A stretch of 64,000 nt of DNA from an uncultured Gammaproteobacteria bacterium (lineage in GTDB: Bacteria; Patescibacteriota; Patescibacteriia; UBA1558; S5-K13), in NCBI GenBank assembly GCA_964424195.1, contig CAYRHT010000001.1, positions 70,102-134,101 of the forward strand, written 5' to 3'. Both the position numbers and the translations under genes were made by a program. How positions within the stretch are numbered: the first letter of the stretch is position 1; every line of letters starts with the position of its first letter. This document shows, one piece after another, positions 56,439-64,000 of this stretch. The notes under the pieces are model-generated. The model saw only the letters and a list, made by a program, of their open reading frames with translations. It did no database searches and was not told where the DNA came from.

Positions 56439-57137
56439 ATGGTAAAGAAGAAAAAAAATACAAAGAATGGACCATCACTAAAATCATTAATTTTAGTTGT
56501 TGCTTCAGTTTTAGTTATTGTAATATTAGGTATATCAATTATCTATAATATCTATCAACAAGGAATAGTAGGGGAAAAAGAAGAAAAAATTAGCAATCTC
56601 CAAGAAAAGATAGGTGATTTAAATAATCAAGTTGAAGAAATAGAAATAAGTCTTCAAGAGGAAAAAGAAAAAGAGTTAGTGATTGAGAAAATAGAGTATT
56701 CTAATGAAGAATATAATTTTAATTTATCCTTACCGGATAGTTGGTCTAATTATGAAATTGAAAAAAGAACTTTGAAATTTGGAGGGAATGGTAGTGCAGA
56801 TTCTATAGATTTCTATTTTGAAGAAGATAAATTAATATTTAATCTTGGTTTTATTGAAAAAGATAAATGGGATATTGTTAAAGATTTGTCATATTATCAG
56901 GCAAGTAAGATTGGTGAGAATGAGAAGTATGTTTTTGGATATATCGTTCCCAAAAAAGCAGATATTGATTTGGTAGAATCTTTAGAAAGTGAAATTGATA
57001 GTATCAAAGAGAGTTTTCAAGTTACTACTCTTTTAGAAATAGATGATATGGGTGATGATTCTAGTGATGATACTTTTTCTGATGAAGAAGATTTAAATAA
57101 TAATGATTCTTTGGAAGAAGATTCTAGTTTAGAATAA
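56439..57137 (+). CDS. N-terminally anchored acidic hypothetical protein
   Basis: Single TM, coiled-coil segment, Asp/Glu/Ser-rich C-terminal tail. Confidence 0.4.
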   Translation: MVKKKKNTKNGPSLKSLILVVASVLVIVILGISIIYNIYQQGIVGEKEEKISNLQEKIGDLNNQVEEIEISLQEEKEKELVIEKIEYSNEEYNFNLSLPDSWSNYEIEKRTLKFGGNGSADSIDFYFEEDKLIFNLGFIEKDKWDIVKDLSYYQASKIGENEKYVFGYIVPKKADIDLVESLESEIDSIKESFQVTTLLEIDDMGDDSSDDTFSDEEDLNNNDSLEEDSSLE

Positions 57138-57138
57138 T

Positions 57139-58446
57139 ATGAAAGAAAAAAAATACATTGTTAGTTATCAGACAGGAATTAAAATATTTATAGCTCTAGT
57201 TATTGTAGCTATGATGGTATTCAGTACTTTTTATTTAATTCAAAATAAAAAAGATAAAGAATTTCAAAATAGTCGTTTGAGTATTGAAGGCTTTACTAAT
57301 AATCAAGAAGAAAAAGTAGAAATTAATTATTTCTATAAAGTTGGTTGTCATTTTTGTGCTCAAGAGAAGCTATTCTTAGATGAAATGGAAGAGAAGTATC
57401 CAAATTTAGTGATTAATAGGTTTGATGTTTTAAAGGAAAATAAATTATTGAAAGAATATTACCTTAGGTACAATGTTCCCAATAAATATTGGGGAGCAAC
57501 TCCAATTACATTTACAGATGAAGAGTACTTCTTAGGTTTTAATAAGGAAACTACTGGAATTAAAATAGAAAATTGTATTGTTAATTGTTTAGAGAATGTA
57601 AAAACAGACTCAGAAGAAGTTTGTTTAGATTGTATTTCCGAAATAGAGGATTCAGGAATAGGAGAGCGAGATTTAAAAAATGATTTTAAAATACCTTTTA
57701 TTGGTCAAGTAGATATCACTAATTACTCACCATTATTATTAAGTATAGTTGTTGGTGGTTTAGATGGTTTTAATGCTTGTGCTATGGTAGCTCTAGGCTT
57801 TTTATTAGCAGTATTAGTTGCTACTAAGCTTAGGAAAAGAGTATTTTTAATTGGGGGAACATTTATTTTAGTATCTGGTATTGTCTATTTCATATTCATT
57901 TCTACTTGGTTAAATATCTTTATGTTTTTAGGATATTTGAAGATAATTTCCTTAATAGTGTCGGTTATTATTATCTTTTTTGCCCTCTTTTTGTTAAGAG
58001 ATTATTATATGGGAGTAGTATGTAAAGTTTGTGAAGTAGATCCTAATAAGACTAGTATTTTTACTAAGATGCAAAAAAAGTTATTTGTAAAGATGTCTAA
58101 TTTATCTACTGCAGAAATGTCTTTATGGGCAACTCTGGTAGGAGTTTCAGTAGTAGCAGCTGGAATTAATATGGTGGAGTTGGTTTGTTCTTTAGGATTT
58201 CCTTTAGCCTATACTAAGGTTTTAACTTCTTATAATTTACCAACTTGGCAGTATTATTCTTATCTCCTAGTATATGTAATATTCTATATGATTGATGATT
58301 TTATAATCTTTACTATTGCTGTAGTTACTATGAGAATTACTAAAGTCTCGGATAAATATTTGAAGGCAGTTAAATTAATTAGTGGAATTATACTTTTAGC
58401 CCTAGGTTTATTAATGTTATTTAAACCAGAATTATTATCTTTTTAA
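57139..58446 (+). CDS. Thioredoxin-like CxxC domain fused to a polytopic membrane domain; putative membrane thiol-disulfide oxidoreductase
   Basis: N-terminal TM, then YFYKVGCHFCAQEK (thioredoxin/glutaredoxin-like CxxC) and about six C-terminal helices containing the Cys pairs CKVCE and CAM. Confidence 0.4.
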   Translation: MKEKKYIVSYQTGIKIFIALVIVAMMVFSTFYLIQNKKDKEFQNSRLSIEGFTNNQEEKVEINYFYKVGCHFCAQEKLFLDEMEEKYPNLVINRFDVLKENKLLKEYYLRYNVPNKYWGATPITFTDEEYFLGFNKETTGIKIENCIVNCLENVKTDSEEVCLDCISEIEDSGIGERDLKNDFKIPFIGQVDITNYSPLLLSIVVGGLDGFNACAMVALGFLLAVLVATKLRKRVFLIGGTFILVSGIVYFIFISTWLNIFMFLGYLKIISLIVSVIIIFFALFLLRDYYMGVVCKVCEVDPNKTSIFTKMQKKLFVKMSNLSTAEMSLWATLVGVSVVAAGINMVELVCSLGFPLAYTKVLTSYNLPTWQYYSYLLVYVIFYMIDDFIIFTIAVVTMRITKVSDKYLKAVKLISGIILLALGLLMLFKPELLSF

Positions 58447-58452
58447 AGATCT

Positions 58453-59601
58453 ATGAATTGGAATAAAAAAATATTATTTATATTATTAGGAATCATTTTA
58501 ATGCTTCCTAATTTAGTTTTAGCACAAGAAATAAATCTTTATCAAAATGTAACTCCTAATTCAGAAGATCTTATCTTGGAAGATGATAATTATCAGAATA
58601 ATTCTGAGGTTTTTAGAGCTCAAGTGATTGAGATTTTAGAAGAGATAGAATTTAATGGTCAAAAACAACAGAATCTAAAACTAAGGGGATTATCAGGAAG
58701 TTTTAAAAAACAAGAATTTGAATTTCAAGGAATAGATGATTTTCAAGTTGATTTGACTCAAGAATATAAAACAGGAGATAAGGTAATAATTTCAGTTGAT
58801 AAAAGTTTATTGGGCGAGAATGTTTTTTACATCATTGATTCTGTAAGAAACGGTGCTATTTATCTTTTAATAGTTATTTTTTGTTTATTAATATTATTAA
58901 TTGCTAAGTGGAAAGGTTTGAGGGCTTTAATTAGTTTATTGCTTACTTTTCTAATCATTATCAAGTTCATCTTACCGGGAATTTTGAATGGTTATAATCC
59001 AATATTGATAAGTATTGGTGGTGGATTTTTAATATTGTTATTTATTATCTATATTACTGAAGGAATAAATAAGAAAAGTCATTTAGCAGTTTTAAGTATT
59101 TTTATTAGCTTATCTATTACCGGAGTATTAGCAATAATATTTTCAGATTTAATGAGTTTAAGTGGAATGTCTGAAGATAGTACTTATTTAATAACTCTTC
59201 TAGGTCAGGAAATAAATTTTAAAGGAATTTTACTAGCTAGTGTAATTATTGGTACCTTGGGAGTTTTAGATGATATGGTGATTAGTCAGATTTCAACGGT
59301 TTGGGAAATTAAAAAAGCCAGTCTTAATTTAGATCATCAAGATATTCTTCGGAAAGCATATCGAGTTGGAGTTTCCCATATTAGTTCTATGACTAATACT
59401 TTATTCTTAGCTTATGCTGGTTCTTCTATCACTATTTTGCTACTATTCTCAGTAGGAGGTATGAATTTTAGTGATATCCTAAATAACCATTTAATTGCTA
59501 CTGAAATCTTTAGAAGCTTTATTGGTGCGATTGGAATTGTTTTAGCTATGCCTATTAGTACATTTTTAGCAGTAAAATATTTAAAAAATAAAATAAAATA
59601 A
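58453..59601 (+). CDS. YibE/F-like polytopic membrane protein (tentative)
   Basis: Signal/TM, ~120-aa exposed domain, then 7-8 helices. The architecture resembles YibE/F; no strong motif. Confidence 0.4.
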   Translation: MNWNKKILFILLGIILMLPNLVLAQEINLYQNVTPNSEDLILEDDNYQNNSEVFRAQVIEILEEIEFNGQKQQNLKLRGLSGSFKKQEFEFQGIDDFQVDLTQEYKTGDKVIISVDKSLLGENVFYIIDSVRNGAIYLLIVIFCLLILLIAKWKGLRALISLLLTFLIIIKFILPGILNGYNPILISIGGGFLILLFIIYITEGINKKSHLAVLSIFISLSITGVLAIIFSDLMSLSGMSEDSTYLITLLGQEINFKGILLASVIIGTLGVLDDMVISQISTVWEIKKASLNLDHQDILRKAYRVGVSHISSMTNTLFLAYAGSSITILLLFSVGGMNFSDILNNHLIATEIFRSFIGAIGIVLAMPISTFLAVKYLKNKIK

Positions 59602-59605
59602 AATT

Positions 59606-60220
59606 ATGCATAAACACAAAGATCAAAGAGTTGGAGTTTTCGTAGATGTTCAGAATATGTATTATTCTGCTAAGAATCTTTACAATTCCTATGTAAATTT
59701 TGGAAAAGTTTTGGAAGAGGCAGTAGCAGGTCGGAAATTAATTAGAGCTAATGCTTATGTTGTGGAAGCTGGTTTGCCAGATGAGGAAAAGTTTTTTAAA
59801 GCTCTCCAAGAACAAGGTTTTAGAACTGAATCTAAAGAATTACAAATATTTGCTGGTGGCCATAAAAAGGCAGATTGGGATGTTGGTATTTCAGTAGATG
59901 CTATTAAAATGTCTAAGCAATTAGATGTAGTTATTTTAGTAACTGGTGACGGAGATTTCATACCATTAGTTGAATATTTACAATATCATGGAGTATTAGT
60001 AGAAGTAATTGCTTTTGGAAAAACTAGTTCTTCTAAATTGATAGAAAAAGTAGATGATTTTATTGATCTTTCTTCTAATATGAAGAAATTCTTAATTAAA
60101 GCTAGAGAACCAAGAAGAACTCCGGTCAGAAGAACACAAACTAGAAGAACTCCGGTAAGTAGACCAATATCAAGTCGGAGAGTCACTCCAGGAAGAGCTC
60201 CAGCAAGAAGGACAAGATAA
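59606..60220 (+). CDS. NYN-domain (LabA-like) protein with an Arg-rich tandem-repeat tail
   Basis: VGVFVDVQNMYY...ILVTGDGDFIPLV NYN pattern. C-terminal RRTPVRRTQTRRTPVSRP... repeats. Confidence 0.7.
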   Translation: MHKHKDQRVGVFVDVQNMYYSAKNLYNSYVNFGKVLEEAVAGRKLIRANAYVVEAGLPDEEKFFKALQEQGFRTESKELQIFAGGHKKADWDVGISVDAIKMSKQLDVVILVTGDGDFIPLVEYLQYHGVLVEVIAFGKTSSSKLIEKVDDFIDLSSNMKKFLIKAREPRRTPVRRTQTRRTPVSRPISSRRVTPGRAPARRTR

Positions 60221-60491
60221 TTTGATATAAAAACTCTTCAGCTATTTTTTATGAAACTAGTATTAATGATTGTTTAAAAAATATTGCTAAGGTTATTAAA
60301 AAAATTGGCAAACATCATAGTAGTGATGTTAAGAAACCTATTGCCGTTAAAATGGTTCAAGATATGTTGGAAGAATTTGAAAAATATCCGGAGTTATTTA
60401 ACATAATTAATGCTATTCTTCCAGAGTAAGATTTAAGTATGAAACAAACAGTTCATCGTTTAATGAGCTGTTTTTCTTTTAAAGCATTAGT

Positions 60492-61580
60492 TTATAAAAA
60501 GTCTCCACGATAGTTGGGGGCTTTTTTAATTGATTGTAGGTTGTGAGGATGACTTTCTTGTAATCCAGCATTAGAGATTTTAATAAATTCAGCTTTTTTG
60601 TATAATTCTTTGATATCTTTAGCACCACAATAACCTAGTCCTTGTTTTAATCCACCAATTAGTTGGTAGATTATTTTATTTACTGCACCTTTGTAATTAA
60701 CATAAGAAACTACTCCTTCAGCAATCATTTCATTATCAGATTTTTTATCAGATTGTAAATATCTATCTTTAGAACCCATTTTCATAGCATCAATGGATCC
60801 CATACCTCGATAGATCTTCATTTTTTGTTTATCTATAGTGACAATTTTTCCAGGAGACTCATCTGTACCAGCAAAAAGTCCACCCATCATTACTGCTGAA
60901 GCACCAACTGCCAAAGCCTTAACAACATCTCCAGAGTATCTAATTCCACCATCAGCAATAATTGGAGTTTTAGTTTTAGCGGCAGCTTGAACAGCATCCA
61001 TCACAGCAGTTAACTGAGGAACACCAATACCAGCTATAATTCTAGTTGTACAAATTGATCCAGGACCAACTCCTACTTTAACCACATCAGCACCAGCTTT
61101 AATTAAATCTAAAGTTGCTTGGGCAGTAGCGACATTACCACCTACTAAAACTACTTTTTTACCAATTTCTTTCTTTAATATTTTAATTGTTTCAGCTACT
61201 TTATAGTAATGACCATGAGCTACATCAATTACAATTAAATCAACACCAGCTTTAGCTAAGGACTTAGCCCTAGTTATAGCTTTTTCTCCCACGGAAGTAG
61301 AAGCTCCACAGAGTAAGTTTAATTTTTTAACTTTTTTAACTTCAGCTACTTGTTGCTCAATAGTCATATTCTTATGAATAATCCCTAATCCGCCTAATTT
61401 GGCCATAGCAATAGCCATTTTAGATTCAGTAACTGTGTCCATAGCTGCTGAAATTAAAGGAATTTCCAGTTTAATTCTTTTGGTAAGTTCAATTTTAGTA
61501 TTTACTTTTTCTGGTGGATTAAAAGATTTTTGAGGTATTAATAGAACATCATCAAATGTTAAAGATTCTTTTATTTTCAT
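60492..61580 (-). CDS. IMP dehydrogenase-family protein lacking the CBS subdomain (IMPDH or GMP reductase)
   Basis: [14 protein letters not shown]-terminus and catalytic-loop [11 protein letters not shown]. At 362 aa there is no room for a CBS pair. Confidence 0.75.
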   Translation of the reverse strand: MKIKESLTFDDVLLIPQKSFNPPEKVNTKIELTKRIKLEIPLISAAMDTVTESKMAIAMAKLGGLGIIHKNMTIEQQVAEVKKVKKLNLLCGASTSVGEKAITRAKSLAKAGVDLIVIDVAHGHYYKVAETIKILKKEIGKKVVLVGGNVATAQATLDLIKAGADVVKVGVGPGSICTTRIIAGIGVPQLTAVMDAVQAAAKTKTPIIADGGIRYSGDVVKALAVGASAVMMGGLFAGTDESPGKIVTIDKQKMKIYRGMGSIDAMKMGSKDRYLQSDKKSDNEMIAEGVVSYVNYKGAVNKIIYQLIGGLKQGLGYCGAKDIKELYKKAEFIKISNAGLQESHPHNLQSIKKAPNYRGDFL

Positions 61581-61631
61581 AAAGTTATTAGTTTAAAATT
61601 TAAAAGATATGATAATTATAATCTGTAGTTG

Positions 61632-62162
61632 TTATTTTAGCAAATATCCATTTTCTTTCAGCCATTTTCGATGTATTTTGTAATCTGGCATTATCTTAGC
61701 CACTTCATTCCAGAAATTAGAAGAATGATTCTTTTCTTTAATATGACAGAGTTCATGAATTACTACATAATCAATTACTTGGTTTGGAGCTAGAGCTAGT
61801 CTCTGAGGAAAATTTAAATTATTTCTAGCACTACAAGAGCCCCAACGTTTTTGAGCAGAAGTAATTCTAATATTCTGATATTTAAATCCAGAAAGAGAGG
61901 AGTAATATTTAACCCGTTTAGTAATTTTTTCTAAAGCTTGTTCTTTGGTAATTTTGAAAGTTGGAATTTGAGATTTTTTTTGATTTCTAATCTTAATCAA
62001 CTCTTGTTTCTTAGTGATCCAGTTTTGTTTTTGTTTGATAAAGTTTTTAATTAAGAAAAGAGGCATTAATCTTGGTGCTCTGATAATTAAAGAAGCATCA
62101 GAAGATATTTCTAATGCTAGAGTTTTTCTTTTACTTCTTATTATTTTCATGTATTTATTCAA
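61632..62162 (-). CDS. YgjP/DUF45-type (M48-like) zinc metallohydrolase
   Basis: HELCHIKEKNHSSNFW HExxH motif in the DUF45 context, 176 aa. Confidence 0.7.
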   Translation of the reverse strand: MNKYMKIIRSKRKTLALEISSDASLIIRAPRLMPLFLIKNFIKQKQNWITKKQELIKIRNQKKSQIPTFKITKEQALEKITKRVKYYSSLSGFKYQNIRITSAQKRWGSCSARNNLNFPQRLALAPNQVIDYVVIHELCHIKEKNHSSNFWNEVAKIMPDYKIHRKWLKENGYLLK

Positions 62163-63333
62163 TCACTACTTTAGTACCAATATCTGTAAACCAATAGAGT
62201 GATTCCATATTATCATAATGAACATTAACACAACCATGGCTCATTTTGTTTCCAAAATTATTATGCCAGTAAGCACCATGGATATAGTAACGATATTGAC
62301 CAGTGTAAAAATGAAGATTCCATCTAGTGTCTGGATAATCAAAATCATATCCAGGACCACCATACCTTTTTGGGTCTTCTTTTCCTAAAATACTAAACTC
62401 ACCCAGAGGAGTATCCATTCCTTTAACACCACTAGAAATTAAGAAACTATCAATTAATTTATTATCAAAATAATATTCTAATCTTTGATTCGCTATATTT
62501 ACTTTAATTAACTTCTCTACTTTGTTCTCTGGATCTGAATTTAAAGGATTGTAACTAGCAGCTACTTCAGTTCCATCTAAGTAAAGATCTCCATCAGAAT
62601 CAGTATTCATCAGATCTGTACCAATTTTTAATTCAAAAAAATCACTTAAATAATCTTGATCAGTATCAACCTCCATTAAACTTTTGTTTGAAAGAGGAGA
62701 TTGTTGGTTGTTTATTTCTTCTCCATCATTCACACCATCCTGGTCAGTATCAGCATTATTTACCTCTGTATGATAGAAGTATTTTTCATCATAATCATTT
62801 AAACCATCAGCATCATAATCATTATTCTTAGTAAAAGGTTCTAGAAATTTAGAATTAGCTAGGATATTTTCTTCAACATTACTAATAGTTGGACCCCAAG
62901 GGTAATTAGAAATGTCAGTAGTTAGAGCTTGATCAGCTGTCAGACCATTAGCTTCTAAGACAACCATATTAGTAAAAACTCTTTTTTGTCCGTTTTCGAT
63001 ATAGAAGATTCCGAGACTATCTTTTTCTTTAACTAAAGCACCGTCAATTAAAATATATTCTAAATTTTCATAATTTTGTGGTCGGTATTTAATGTCTCCT
63101 TGATATTCATATTTCTCTAATTCAGAAGATTCTATATTTTGAACATGATCAAAATTATCAAACCAAGAAAAATATATTTTTTCATGAGAAAAAGAATAGC
63201 TTTGTCGATCAGCAGAGATATAGTAAACAGCGGAAGAATCTTCCGGAGAAACTAATTGTCCTTTAAAACCTTCTTCAGCAGAAGTAAAAAGAGGAATTAG
63301 TAAGATTGTAAATATTAAAAGTGTGTATTTCAT
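62155..63333 (-). CDS. Secreted L,D-transpeptidase (YkuD domain) with DxDxDG calcium-loop repeats
   Basis: Signal peptide, DADGLNDYDE/DTDQDGVNDGEE/DSDGDLYLDGTE loops, and a C-terminal catalytic HG...SHGCVNV motif. Confidence 0.8.
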   Translation of the reverse strand: MKYTLLIFTILLIPLFTSAEEGFKGQLVSPEDSSAVYYISADRQSYSFSHEKIYFSWFDNFDHVQNIESSELEKYEYQGDIKYRPQNYENLEYILIDGALVKEKDSLGIFYIENGQKRVFTNMVVLEANGLTADQALTTDISNYPWGPTISNVEENILANSKFLEPFTKNNDYDADGLNDYDEKYFYHTEVNNADTDQDGVNDGEEINNQQSPLSNKSLMEVDTDQDYLSDFFELKIGTDLMNTDSDGDLYLDGTEVAASYNPLNSDPENKVEKLIKVNIANQRLEYYFDNKLIDSFLISSGVKGMDTPLGEFSILGKEDPKRYGGPGYDFDYPDTRWNLHFYTGQYRYYIHGAYWHNNFGNKMSHGCVNVHYDNMESLYWFTDIGTKVVIE

Positions 63334-63522
63334 ATATATATTGTATCATATATTTTAAATAAAAAAGTTCCAATAGAGATTAGGACTGAATTTCAATCAT
63401 TTATTATTGAAAACTTAGAATGAACGGTAAATGTTAGATTAAAATTTGTAAATTCTAATCACTGTGTTATAATTTACACGTTTTACAACTTGTGAACATA
63501 TCTGAATAATAATTTTAGAGCA

Positions 63523-64000
63523 ATGATAGTAGATGGTAAAAAAATTGCAGAAAAGATATTTACCAGACTTCAAGGTGAAGTTAGTGTTTTAAAGCAGCAA
63601 GGTATTAACCCCAAATTAGGGGTTTTTTTAATTGGAAATGATCAACCTTCTCATACTTATGTTGGAAAAAAAGGTAAAGCTTGTGAACGAATTGGAGTTG
63701 AATTTTTGTTAAAAAAGTATGAAGAAAGTATTACTGAAGAAGAATTGATAAAAGCTATTGAAGATACTCAGAGGAATGAAAATTTAACAGGTTTGATTGT
63801 TCAACTACCTTTACCGAAACATATTGATGCTAGCCGAGTTATTAAACATATCAAGCCAGAAATAGATGTAGATTGTTTAACTAGTGCTAATCTAGGTAAA
63901 TTAATAACCGGTGACTATTGTATTGAACCACCAACTCCTGGAGCAATTTTAGAGATTTTAAAGAATCACGATATTGAATTAAAAGGTAAGAATGTAGTTT
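63523..64000 (+). CDS. folD: Bifunctional methylene-THF dehydrogenase/cyclohydrolase FolD, N-terminal part; continues beyond the window
   Basis: MIVDGKKIAEKI...SHTYVGKKGKACERIG...LTGLIVQLPLP canonical FolD blocks. Confidence 0.85.
   Translation, partial: MIVDGKKIAEKIFTRLQGEVSVLKQQGINPKLGVFLIGNDQPSHTYVGKKGKACERIGVEFLLKKYEESITEEELIKAIEDTQRNENLTGLIVQLPLPKHIDASRVIKHIKPEIDVDCLTSANLGKLITGDYCIEPPTPGAILEILKNHDIELKGKNVV

Noticed and set aside
1-64000. Alternative genetic code (UGA recoded as Gly/Trp, as in some CPR lineages)
   Set aside because: Very long ORFs (9.5 kb, 3.6 kb, 3.1 kb) are intact under the standard code and several genes terminate with TGA at positions matching homolog lengths. tRNA-Trp has the normal CCA anticodon. 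No need to invoke code 25 or code 4.

Overview
The window is AT-rich (roughly 30% GC), gene-dense bacterial DNA read with the standard code: TGA terminates the large ORFs, so code 25 does not apply. Recognisable genes are mostly information-processing: smc, rnc, nusB, L32, valS, tsaE/tsaD, trigger factor, ruvC, yebC, galU, an RluD-like pseudouridine synthase, gmk, leuS, ksgA, efp, S18, ssb, S6, gpmI and folD. There are also cell-envelope enzymes (L,D-transpeptidase, LysM-M23 peptidase, Dpm1-like glycosyltransferase) and three tRNAs (Trp-CCA, Arg-TCG, Lys-CTT). The gene content fits a small-genome, possibly episymbiotic bacterium of the Candidate Phyla Radiation (Patescibacteria) type; that placement is inference. 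Five things stand out.

1. A tandem array of eight paralogous small secreted proteins (17690-21513, minus strand) has VirB2/TrbC-like conjugative-pilin topology and an invariant W-M-T-S-G-G-N-E-E loop motif. It is translationally coupled to an orphan solute-binding lipoprotein.
2. A surface cluster (33508-48249) encodes a 3189-aa cysteine-rich secreted giant protein with three CenC/CBM4_9-like jelly-roll modules, followed by a polytopic VirB6/TrbL-like membrane protein with a long Lys/Glu-rich tail.
3. Both class I tRNA synthetases in the window carry whole enzyme domains spliced into the synthetase fold. ValRS holds a histidine-phosphatase (RHG...HG) domain. LeuRS holds a Ham1/RdgB-like ATGNxxK module and a YdeN/RBBP9-type alpha/beta serine-hydrolase domain.
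4. A RelA/SpoT-domain protein with an unknown C-terminal domain is driven by a tandemly duplicated promoter/palindromic-operator module. It may be a fused toxic small-alarmone-synthetase (toxSAS)-like defence protein.
5. A small defence islet encodes Fic plus an AbiEi/AbiEii pair.

Smaller points: a perfect-consensus promoter on a GC-elevated secreted-protein gene, a delta-60-like beta-propeller repeat protein, a shared DxDxDG calcium-loop module in three exported proteins, and a RelE/ParE-AbrB toxin-antitoxin pair between tsaE and tsaD. No CRISPR array, transposase or prophage genes were seen.
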